From Mayamaea pseudoterrestris (lineage: Eukaryota), in NCBI GenBank assembly GCA_027923505.1, contig BROI01000019.1, positions 434,001-498,000 of the forward strand: a DNA stretch of 64,000 nucleotides, given 5' to 3'. The translations under genes and the position numbers were made by a program. The notes beneath the pieces were generated by a model that was not told where the DNA came from, made no database searches, and saw nothing but the letters and a program-made list of their open reading frames with translations. Shown piece by piece: positions 48,162 through 59,324 of the stretch. Position 1 is the first letter of the stretch, and the number at the start of each line of letters is the position of its first letter.

Positions 48162-48663
48162 TGTGCTGGTGAATTTATTGCTTTTGTGAGCGAAACAGAT
48201 TGTTGTTTAGCTTCACGCTGCTGTCAGGATCTACTCAGAGACGCGTGCTGGAGGCTGAGTCGTCTTCTTGCTGGTTCTTTTAGTTGCGCGTTGAATGACG
48301 ACGAGGGAGAAGATCGCCGCAAACGAATGCGCTGGAAAAAGCTGCAAGTGGGACTGAATGTGACACGTGACGTGTCCGAGCACGACTGACTCCGCCGACC
48401 CGCGGCGGCATCGTCATATGGATAGCTTATGTCAGAGCTGGCTCCCCAATCACTAAGCATTGCTCATCAATAAATCCTACTTTTCTTTAATACAACACCC
48501 ATGAGCATAAATCGGTTCAATGTACTACTGATTAACAGGAATAGTCAAAATAAACCGGATAGCGTCAACGCCGAAAGAACCAGGCAATGGTTTTGTAAAG
48601 AACCAGCAACCATGGTGCCCGCGTAACTAACAATGCATACTTCCATCGCAGCTTGTTTTATAA

Positions 48664-49860
48664 TTAAAACTCTTCAGTCTTCTCCCTTCTAGCCTTGGCC
48701 TGGGCTTCATTTATTTGAATGTTGCGTCCATCAATCTCACATCCGTCCAACTCACTCATGGCGGTGAGTGCCGAGTCGCGCGCCATGGTCACAAACCCAA
48801 AGCCTCGCGACGTGTTTCCGCCTCGGTCCATGTCCTTGGGTAAATAGCAGTCGACGACTTCGCCAAACTCCTCAAAGAGCTCAACCAAGGTCTCTTCAAT
48901 CGTGTAAAAGGAAAGGTTTCCGACAAAGAGTTTGCACAATTTGTTGGGTCCCTTTTCGCGTCTCGCCGCCTTTTCACCTGGCGCCAAGGATTGGTTGACA
49001 ATCAACTCGCGTCCTTGGAAGGCAACTCCACTCGCCTTTTCCAAAGTGGTGGAAACATCCTCGTTCTTCATGGTGACAAAGGCATATCCCTTATTAATAT
49101 TCTTGTTGCGGTTCATTGGAATATAAACTTCACTCACATCTCCATATGTTTGAAAGAACTCCACCAGCTCCTCCTTGGTTGCCTCAAAGGGAAGATTGGC
49201 CACGTACAATCGACTGTATCCTTCTGGCACTTGCGGCACTTCTGGAACCTTCTTTTCCACTTGATCCTTTGGAACGGATCGCTTGACGCGAATGGTGCGG
49301 CCGGAAAACTCGCTGCCATCCAAGGCCGTAATGGCTTGATCAATTTGCTCCTCCGAACCAACGTCGACGAAGCAGAATCCGCGCGGGTTATTGTTGAGCT
49401 TGTCGCGTGGAAGAGACACAAGCTTGACGTCAACATGCTTGGACACCATCTCCTTAATGTCGGCTTCAGAAACGTCTGTAGGAAATATGAGAGGTGAGTT
49501 TGAATGTTTAGTCAAACTATTTGACATGCGCCAAGAAAGTTGCCATCTGCTGCCTTCTTTTTACACGAACGTACCAAAATCCATGTTTCCAATGAAAATG
49601 GTGTGACGTTCGCGTTCCACCTTTTTGGTGGATGTTTCCGACTTGGCAGCGCCATCGTCACTACTGGCTACTGCTGCTGTTTCCGCATCTTCGGCAGTCG
49701 ACGCTTCGAGTCCATCCAGATAGCTTTCACTGCTCAGCTGGCTGACCATGAACGGCGATGCTGATCGAGTGTTTGACAGAACGCTGCGCGAAGGCAGCGA
49801 CACCTGAAAGGCCGTCACCGACAATGCTCCAAATAAACTACTAGCTAGAACGACTCTCAT
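48664..49860 (-). CDS. Plastid-targeted RNA-binding protein with 3 RRMs
   Basis: Signal VTA-F; IFIGNM/RGFCFV, LYVANL/KGYAFV, LFVGNL/RGFGFV; intron 49476-49574. Confidence 0.92.
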
Positions 49861-50091
49861 TTTGATCGTTTGTCGAATTATATAAGGTGGTGCAGCAACG
49901 AAGAAAGGGTTTGCACGAACAGCTTGTGATGTCTCGCGGAGAAGGAATTATTGATGGCTCTCGAGAGAGCTGGCGCGGCGGAAGGTGCGTGGTGATGACG
50001 TCATGGATTGCTTTGCGACACGGTTTTATAACCGGTACGATAGTTTGTCGTCGCGATGAAGCGCACGCAAACTTCGGCAAAAAAATGAAAC

Positions 50092-50302
50092 GGGGCCAAG
50101 GGGCAACGCTACTATGCCGATGTCCATGGGGCCAAGGCGCAACGCTACTATGCCGATGTCCTTCCCAAAGGAAGTGCCGCAAAGTGGGCACAAACCATTG
50201 TGCTCGCTCTTTGTGCCGCTGCAAGACATCACATCAGACATGGGTGCCACTGAAATATGTCCAGGAAGTTACATGTGTGCGGATGACATGGAGTGTTTTT
50301 GA
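50092..50302 (+). pseudogene. Short fragment resembling a PhyH-type dioxygenase, with a 36-bp tandem duplication
   Basis: SLFVPLQDITSDMGATEICPGSYMC resembles the PhyH core; duplication at 50092/50128; no full ORF. Confidence 0.45.
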
Positions 50303-50374
50303 ATGTGTTCATGGCGGTTGTCTATTTAAATAATGATCCTAAATTAACACTTATCTGCTCATTTGTCCTCACGT

Positions 50375-52989
50375 CTACCCGTTCATGTGTTGTTCAAGTT
50401 TCTTTTGATTATCCTTTCGAGTCTTCATCTTGAACTTCATAATGTCGCCCGTATATTTGCTGATGCACTTGTTGTCGCAAATGTAAATCTCCTGCGCACA
50501 CTGCGAGATGAGTCGCATGTCGTGCGAAATCATCAGCACGCCACCCTCAAACTTGTTAAGGCATTTGGCCAACGCATCAATCGAGTCCATGTCTCTTAAG
50601 GAAAAAAGAGGGAAACAAGTACACGTTATTAGCAACGACAGAAGCAGATACTCAATAGTACCATAACAATGGCAGGCAATGTAACTTACAGAGGATTTGT
50701 CGGTTCGTCAAGCAGCAGCAAATGCGGCTTTTCGTGAGCAATAATGGCAAACACAATTCGCGCCTTTTGTCCAGCCGACAATTGATTCATGACTTGCTGC
50801 TGCTGGTCGCCGGAGCAACCGTAACGCGCCAAAAGAGGGCGAATCTTTTCAATTGGCTGATCTGGCATGACTTTGTGCTTGAAAAAATCAATTGGCGTCA
50901 TGGTCAAGTCCAACTTGTCCTCGAAGTGCTGTGTGAAGCGACTGATCTTCAAATGCATGTTTCGTTTGATCTGTCCCTTGGTTGGCTGCAGCTCCTCCGT
51001 CATTAGTTTGATCAAAGTGGTCTGTCGGATTAGCGAGAACATTATTGCATTGGTCAGCAACATGACAATAAAAAGGAATAATTAAGCCCGCATACACTCA
51101 AACAAAACAAAGTCCATCATACCTTTCCAGCTCCATTTGGACCAACCAGTGCCACTCGCGTCTCCAAATCCACTCCAAAGTCAACGCTATTGTAAAGCTC
51201 CTTTCCACCCGGATACGCGAAGCTCACATTTTCGATCGACAACACTGGCACAGGCAATTTACCAGGCGATGGGAAAGACCAATCGAACTCTGGATCCTTC
51301 TCGGGCATTGGCGTCAAACCCGCTTCGAGTTTCTTCTGCAGCAACTTTTCTCGCGACTGCGCCTGTCGTACCATTTTAACAGTACCATGACCGAAGCGCG
51401 CAATAAAGTCCTTGATCTCGGCAATTTCCCGCTGCTCCGTTTCGTATTGCCTTGTCTGCACCATGTCTTGGTCACGTCGTGTCTGCACGTAAACGTCGTA
51501 ATTACCGGAATAGTAGCGCAGCTTCTTGTATGTCATGTCCAATCGAACAATGTCAGTGCAAACGTTATTCATAAAGTCTTGTGAGTGACAAACAAAGAAC
51601 AAAATCTTGTTCCAACTGCTCAAATAATCTTCAAGCCACAAGACGGCTTCCATCTGTGTTAATAGTGGCGGTAAAGCAGCGACACGTGAGATGAGCTCGA
51701 GCTTCATACACAAAATGGGATGTACAATACCAGCTCTCCTATAAACATGCACCAGCATATATGTGAAAATGCACTTACATCAAGGTGATTTGTAGGCTGT
51801 CGGACAGGAAATAAACGACGTTGGATAATTTAGTGATGCGCATGGTGCCGGCGTTCACAATCATGAAAGGCTTGTCGCACTATATACATACCTCATCCAG
51901 CAGCAAAAATTCTGGTTCAATGAACAACGCCCGCGCCAATGCCACTCGCATGCGCCATCCTCCACTAAACTCGCGAGTCTTCATGCTTTGCATTGCCTTA
52001 GTGAAACCCAATCCATGTAGAATTGTCGTAGCTCGCGCTTCCGCCTTGGAAGCATCCAAATGTTCCAATCGTTCATAAATACCTTCCAGTGTTGCTTGAA
52101 TTTCTGCTTGCGCCGCATCGTCCTCGGCATCGGCCATGGCATGGTTCAAAACGTCGGCTCGCTTTTCGAGACGCTCAATTTCATCATTACTTTCCATGAC
52201 GGCCTGGAGCGCCGTAATGTCGTCGCGGGCCGGATACTCGCAGTCCAAAAAGTAAATATCGAGTGCGTCGGGAATAGGAATACTGCGGGCAGCAATGGCC
52301 TTCATGACTGTCAGATGCAAGCATGTTGGAAAACGAACGAATGTAAGAAACAAGCGAGCCACAATTCTTCAAATCATGCCACTGCGATACGCACCTGTAC
52401 TTTTGCCACTTCCGTTCGGCCCAATAAAGCCGTAACGATTGCCATAGTTAATGACAATATCCGTATCTTCCACCAGCGGCTTCCCATGGAAGGCCACGGT
52501 GACACCCGAAACGTTAATGTCGCGCGTATTGGCATGCAGCTTGCCCTTTTTTTGTTCATACGTCACGACAATGTTTTGCGCAGCCAACCACTCCAGACTC
52601 GCTTCACGCTTGGTCTCCTCACTAACGTCATCCTTCATCGCCGAATTCAAAAAGGCTTGCATGTCAAGCTCGGACTTGACTTCCGTCAAGCTCGTCGCCG
52701 TCGAGTCTTCACCCAACGAAGCGAGTGAAGCCTTGCTGGCGCTCTTGCCAATGCCGTTACCATCCTTGGCCTTGCGCTTGGCTTCGCGGGCCGCCTTGGC
52801 AGCCGCCTTCTTTTCCTCCTTGGTTTGCTTCTTTTCAAACAGTTCGGATTCGCCTTGGCCCATGGCGGCGGCGCGAACGTCGGCTTGGGCGAGCGAGTCG
52901 CTGTCGACGGCGCCGTAGCCCGAGTCGAGCTCCTTGTCAATGGCGGCGAGCATTTGCTTGTTGCGTTTCTCATTGTAGCGTGATGCCAT
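50375..52989 (-). CDS. ABC-F family ATPase (ABCF2/Arb1-like), multi-exon
   Basis: GPNGSGKST, FSGGWRMRVALA, LLLDE|PTNHLD (18-nt exon 51779-51796), GPNGAGK, LSAGQKAR, LLLDEPTN, ISHD; no TM domain. Confidence 0.95.
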
Positions 52990-53320
52990 GTTTATGATGC
53001 TGCTGTTAGTGTGTTATTACTGTTGTTGAGTCTGTACTCACAGTCAAGTTATAGTCCTCCTTGACTTGTGAACTTGTCGTATTGCGCCATCGCGTGTCGT
53101 TCCAATCGGTCGAAATCGGATGGAGCTGCGCGCGAGATTCGTCTGGCCAGTGTCCGGAATACATGCGAAAACGTCCTTGAGTCATTTCAGTGCCGCAAGA
53201 GCCACTGCAGCTCGTTGGTCACGATGCGACGTTTGGAGCCTCGTTTCACGTCGAGGAAAAAATAATGTTGTCATGAACAAACGATTAACAAACGATTAAC
53301 AGCTTCCCAAGTAGACCACC

Positions 53321-53700
53321 ATGACAGCCAATTCCAAACTAGCAAAGGCTTTGGTGCCTGTCATGCTGACATTCACTGCCTACTACTCTACCTTTCTCAT
53401 GGAAAGATACTACATAAACTTTCTTGCTCCTCAAAATGACCTTCAGCTTGTGACGGAGGAACGAAAGTCACGCATACTAATATAATTCCATTGAATAAGT
53501 ACATTCAAAGATTTGATGGCATCAGATACTCCGCAACTCGCAATCAACTACGGCAACATGGCGCCGGATGATGAAATGTGCCACATGCTGGAACATGTCA
53601 CTTCCATCTATAAACTTGCTTTCGGAGGCAACGCCGCACGAGGTTTGACACTTTATATTGTGACAAACTGTAAGAACCCATTTAGAATGAGTTGGTGTGC
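53321..53700 (+). pseudogene. Possible decayed gene fragment with N-terminal hydrophobic segment
   Basis: ATG 53321 (MTANSKLAKALVPVMLTFTAYY..) is in frame with ORF 53513, separated by TAA and TGA, both one C>T from sense codons. Confidence 0.3.
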
Positions 53701-53824
53701 ACGTCGACCAAGATCCAAGCATTCCAAAGGCACTGAAAAAAATCTTGCCAAACAACTTTTTTGTCACCACTTTGGAGCAAATCATTGGACCAAACCCAGC
53801 AGTCATTGAATTCACCAGCTTTAA

Positions 53825-54310
53825 GCATATCCAAACAGGATTGATGGAACATGACTACAATTGGGGGAAGATATGGAAGGTCATGCAATTTAGCACCATG
53901 GAGCTGGTACCTGTGTGGATGTCTGAACTGCCCTCCCATACCGTAGCTTCTTGGAATCAGCTATGGATGATTTTTATGCACCAATCTCACTGCAAGCATG
54001 TGTCCAAGCATAGACAAACAGGAATGATGGAGCAAGACTACAATTGGGGTAAGGTTTGAATGCCATGCACTGTAGCACCATGGAGCTGGTTCCTGTGTTA
54101 ATGTCTGAACTGCCCTCCCATACTGTAGCTGCTAAGAATCAGCTATGGAAGATTTTTATGCACCAATGTCACAACAAGCATGTTACCAGGCATAGTTAAC
54201 AGGATTGATGGAACAAGACTACAAGTGGGGATAGATTTGGACAGCACCATGGAGCTGGTACCTGTGTGGATGTCTGAATTGCCCTCCCACACCGTAGCTG
54301 CTTGGAATTT
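53825..54310. repeat. ~183-bp tandem repeat, ~2.7 diverged copies
   Basis: AACAGGA.TGATGGA..GACTACAA at ~53834, ~54017, ~54198; AGCACCATGGAGCTGG in each copy. Confidence 0.9.
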
Positions 54311-54514
54311 GTGTACGTCATGCTTAGGCCATAGACTTGATGGTAAGTTATTAGAGCTTGTTCGTGTGTTAAGCCATGATTGTATAGTTTCTTGATGTAA
54401 TGCCCAGCCTTAGTCTGCAGGCGCTGCTGTTCCTCGCATGGGACTCCCACTAGTGCATGAAATTGACCAAGTGTTTTGTATCCCTTTTTACATTCCCAAA
54501 CTCTTTTCCTTATC

Positions 54515-57500
54515 TCAGATGCGCTACAAGGCAAGTTGATGGGCTTCACCAGTCTCAGCCAGCAGATGCCGTACTTTTCAAATGTCCATACCTTGAGCCA
54601 TGTGTATGCCCAAATCAAGCCAGAATGGTTCAAAAATCCTTACTTCAGATGCGCTACAAGACAAGTTGACAGGCTAGTGTCTTTGTGGACTGCAATGTGC
54701 TTGGTGACAACTTGTCACCAGTCTCAGCCAGCAGATGCTGAACGTTTCAATTGTCCATACCTTGAGACCTGTGTATGCCCATATCAAGCTAGAATAGTGC
54801 CAACATTCTTATTTCCGATGTGCTACAAAATGGATTCCCTGGTTGGTCCCTCGGTAGACTGCAATGTGACTGGTGAGAATTTCTCCCCAGTCTCAGCCAG
54901 CAGATGCCGTGACATTCAAACGCACCTACAGCAAGCCCCACAGGTGCCCACATCACACCAGAAATGGTGCCAACATCATTATTCAGGCTGCGCTACAAGA
55001 TGGTAGGCTTGGCTGGCGTTTCAGGGCATGGCAATGTATTTGGTGACAACTTATCACCTGTCTCAGCCCGCAGATGCCGTGAAATTCAAACACCCCTACA
55101 GCAAGCCCTGTAGGTGCCCAAATTACACCAGAATGGTGCCAACATCATTATTCAGGCTGCGCTACAAGATGGTAGGCCTGGCTGGTGTCTCAGGTATTGG
55201 CAATGTATTTGGTGACAACTTGTCACCAGTCTCAGCCCACAGATGCCGTGACATTCAAACGCACCTACAGCAAGCCCTGTAGGTGCCCAAATCACATCAG
55301 AATGGTGCCAACATCATTATTCAGGCTGCGCTACAAGATGGTAGGCATGGCTGGTGTCTCAGGTTATGGCAATGTATTTGGTGACAACTTGTCACTAGTC
55401 TCAGCCCGCTGATGCCGTGACATTCAAATGCACCTACAGCAAGCCATGTAGGTGCCCAAATTACACCAGAAATGGTGCCAACATCATTATTCAGGCTGCG
55501 CTACAAAATGGTAGGCTTGGCTGGCATCTCAGGTAATGGCAATGTATTTGGTGACAACTTGTCACCAGTCTCAGCCCGCAGATGCCGTGACATTCAAACG
55601 CCCAAACAGCAAGCCCTTAAGGTGCCCAAATTACACCAGAATGTTGCCAACATCATTATTCAGGCTGCGCTAAAAGTTGGTAGGCTTGGTGTGTGTCTTA
55701 GGGCATGGCAATGTATTTGGTGACAACTTGTCACCAGTCTCAGCCCGCAGATGCCGTGACATTCAAACGCCCAAACAGCAAGCCCTGTAGGTGCCCAAAT
55801 TACACCTGAGTGGTGCCAACATCATTATTCAGGCTGGGCTACAAGATGGGAAGCTTGGCTGGTGTCTCAGGGCATGGCAATGTATTTGGTGACAACTTGT
55901 CACCAGTCTCAGCCCGCAGATGCCGTGACATTCAAACGCCCAAACAGCAAGCCCTGTAGGTCCCCAAATTACACCAGAATGTTGCCAACATCATTATTCA
56001 GGCTGCGCTACAAGTTGGTAGGCTTGGTGTGTGTCTTAGGGCATGGCAATGTATTTGGTGACAACTTGTCACCAGTCTCAGCCCGCAGATACCGTGACAT
56101 TCAAACGCACCTACAGCAAGCCCTGCAGGTGCCCAAATTACACCAGAATGTTGCCAACATCATTTTTCAGGCTGCGCTGCAAGATGGTAGGCATGGCTGT
56201 GGTGAGAATTTCTCCCCAGTCTCAGCCAGCAGATGCCGTGACATTCAAACGCACCTACAGCAAGCCCCACAGGTGCCCACATCACACCAGAAATGGTGCC
56301 AACATCATTATTCAGGCTGCGCTACAAGATGGTAGGCTTGGCTGGCGTTTCAGGGCATGGCAATGTATTTGGTGACAACTTATCACCTGTCTCAGCCCGC
56401 AGATGCCGTGAAATTCAAACACCCCTACAGCAAGCCCTGTAGGTGCCCAAATTACACCAGAATGGTGCCAACATCATTATTCAGGCTGCGCTACAAGATG
56501 GTAGGCCTGGCTGGTGTCTCAGGTATTGGCAATGTATTTGGTGACAACTTGTCACCAGTCTCAGCCCACAGATGCCGTGACATTCAAACGCACCTACAGC
56601 AAGCCCTGTAGGTGCCCAAATCACATCAGAATGGTGCCAACATCATTATTCAGGCTGCGCTACAAGATGGTAGGCATGGCTGGTGTCTCAGGTTATGGCA
56701 ATGTATTTGGTGACAACTTGTCACTAGTCTCAGCCCGCTGATGCCGTGACATTCAAATGCACCTACAGCAAGCCATGTAGGTGCCCAAATTACACCAGAA
56801 ATGGTGCCAACATCATTATTCAGGCTGCGCTACAAAATGGTAGGCTTGGCTGGCATCTCAGGTAATGGCAATGTATTTGGTGACAACTTGTCACCAGTCT
56901 CAGCCCGCAGATGCCGTGACATTCAAACGCCCAAACAGCAAGCCCTTAAGGTGCCCAAATTACACCAGAATGTTGCCAACATCATTATTCAGGCTGCGCT
57001 AAAAGTTGGTAGGCTTGGTGTGTGTCTTAGGGCATGGCAATGTATTTGGTGACAACTTGTCACCAGTCTCAGCCCGCAGATGCCGTGACATTCAAACGCC
57101 CAAACAGCAAGCCCTGTAGGTGCCCAAATTACACCTGAGTGGTGCCAACATCATTATTCAGGCTGGGCTACAAGATGGGAAGCTTGGCTGGTGTCTCAGG
57201 GCATGGCAATGTATTTGGTGACAACTTGTCACCAGTCTCAGCCCGCAGATGCCGTGACATTCAAACGCCCAAACAGCAAGCCCTGTAGGTCCCCAAATTA
57301 CACCAGAATGTTGCCAACATCATTATTCAGGCTGCGCTACAAGTTGGTAGGCTTGGTGTGTGTCTTAGGGCATGGCAATGTATTTGGTGACAACTTGTCA
57401 CCAGTCTCAGCCCGCAGATACCGTGACATTCAAACGCACCTACAGCAAGCCCTGCAGGTGCCCAAATTACACCAGAATGTTGCCAACATCATTTTTCAGG

Positions 57501-57528
57501 CTGCGCTGCAAGATGGTAGGCATGGCTG
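54515..57528. repeat. 169-bp satellite array, ~18 monomers, including a 1329-bp higher-order duplication
   Basis: GCAATGTATTTGGTGACAAC at 55031, 55200, 55369, 55539, 55708, 55877, 56046...; block 54871-56199 is repeated at 56200-57528. Confidence 0.97.
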
Positions 57529-58814
57529 CATTGCACCCATTTTGGCTGCAGGGGTCATCAGCATTGCCAACTGAGCCCTTCAATTGCTTTCAATTCATGA
57601 TTGTTGTTATGATGGGTCAGTATCCACCACAACATGTGCCATAATAAGAGTCAGACGGTTCAATAATTTGTTAAATCTGCTAGCAGTGCAACTCCAGTAG
57701 CATGTCAGACTTGCAAAATGGCCTACACACCCCTGGGCAGTTGCAACAGAAGCTGTAGCATGTCGATGCTGCCATAAAGCAATGATGAAGATGACCAACC
57801 CTGTTCATCACATGATTATTTGCTAGCTCAACTCGTTACGCATGGAGACAAAGTTTGGGTACCAACAAGAATGCAAATGCACAGGCATTTCATCCCTTAC
57901 TATTTGCATGAACTGCAGGACTGAGTTATGAACATGCTGTTGGTGCAACCTTTAAATTTTTTAACTTCTTTGCGAGGCTCTGCGTCTACATTTTTTCCAG
58001 CTGCACACCAATTTTCAGCTTCCTACAACGTGCAGAAACACCAACTGGCAAACCATCAACAAAAAACACCTCTAAACCACAATCTACATTCCAAGTGGGC
58101 AATTGAGGCTGCATATGCATCCCTGCAAACAGAGTGGTACGCAGCAACAACAGTGTTGACCTTCACACCATGACATGTGAAGTGGTTTACCGGGACAAAG
58201 AAAAAGAATATCCACTGTGCCAAGCTTGTGTTCACACCCTTATTCCTTTTGAAGTTGACTAGAATAATGTCAGCCGGGAGGTGAAACATTTTATGAGGCA
58301 TGCAGATTACTTGCCATCCAAATGAGCAGCTGTAGAGAAGAACTTTGATGCCAAGGCAATGTGATGTGTTGCTTATTTGAGTGAAGGTTCAACATTTGAA
58401 TTTGATGACTACATCATGGCTCCATTCGACAATACAGGCTTGTACCCTGGCATTATTGTTGTGAAACAGTCAACAAAGATACTTACAGAGAGTGATTTGA
58501 AGATGGCGAATGTGTATCACACATCTTTGGACACTCCATTGTATGTCTGGATGATTTTGAAGATGAGGAGATGAAGACTTTGATGAGTACGAGGATGACG
58601 CTGATGACGGATATTTGACTGGTACTTTACCGTAATGGCCTGCCACACTCACGACAACAAGAAATTGTGTTGGTCATGTGTCTCATAGGTTGAAGTGACA
58701 ATGGCGCTTTGTTAAGTATTTCAGGCATTTGGCTTTGAAGCAAGCTTGCCAGACATAACTGAATAGACTCTGTTTCTGACACAATATTATTGAGTTGAGT
58801 TGACCTGCGTCTTA

Positions 58815-59105
58815 TGACAAGACGGTTAGCTACCTGTGTTTTGTATGCATTTAATCCTGTGCAGGGTTGAGTCACACTTGTGACCGAATCCTCACATACA
58901 TGAGTGAAATCGCTGACGATCGAGGCGTGAACCTCGACCGTGAACCCAGTGAGAACGAGAAGGAAGCGCACGAGTAGAGTAGCGAGTAACATGCACTATT
59001 CTAGCAATTGAGTTTGTTTGTTTGCTTTACGCTGGACGAAGAGGTTGATCGCTCCGAGTCCATTGTAGTCGCTGGAATAAAGGTTCGTCTGATATTATCG
59101 TGTCA
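58815..59105 (+). repeat. 5' LTR (291 bp)
   Basis: Inverted termini TGACA...TGTCA; AATAAA at 59076; start matches the left LTR start. Confidence 0.8.
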
Positions 59106-59120
59106 GATTAACAGTCTTGC
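59106..59120 (+). promoter_or_regulatory. Putative primer-binding site complementary to the tRNA-Asn(GUU) anticodon arm
   Basis: GATTAACAGTCTTGC; reverse complement GCAAGA-CTGTTAA-TC contains the Asn anticodon loop CTGTTAA. Confidence 0.65.
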
Positions 59121-59324
59121 TAGCTTGTCTTGACCTGAGAGAGCTGTGCGAAAGAGAGAGAGTGAAAGAATCGAGAAATTGAGAGAGAAAGAGCAGATTC
59201 CTTGCGGCGTCGTCAATCCGAATACTTGACACGAGCGCGTAGAACAGGATCGTATAAGGCTCGACTGCATTGAGAGCGGTTGTTGTGTAAGAAAGGACTT
59301 GCGGAAAGCGAGGTATTCACTATC

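Noticed and set aside
53276..53302. GATTAACAG as a third PBS
   Set aside because: Part of an 11-bp micro-duplication (AACAAACGATT x2); no LTR directly upstream and no gag downstream.
54515..57528. CRISPR-like array or coding (ankyrin-like) repeat
   Set aside because: No unique spacers, as whole monomers repeat; 169 is not a multiple of 3; frames contain recurrent stops; the candidate AG..GT exon is 70 nt, which does not preserve frame.
57529..58814. Transposase or Helitron remnant beside the satellite
   Set aside because: CpG-depleted and stop-ridden; no DDE, Rep or helicase motif recognised by eye.
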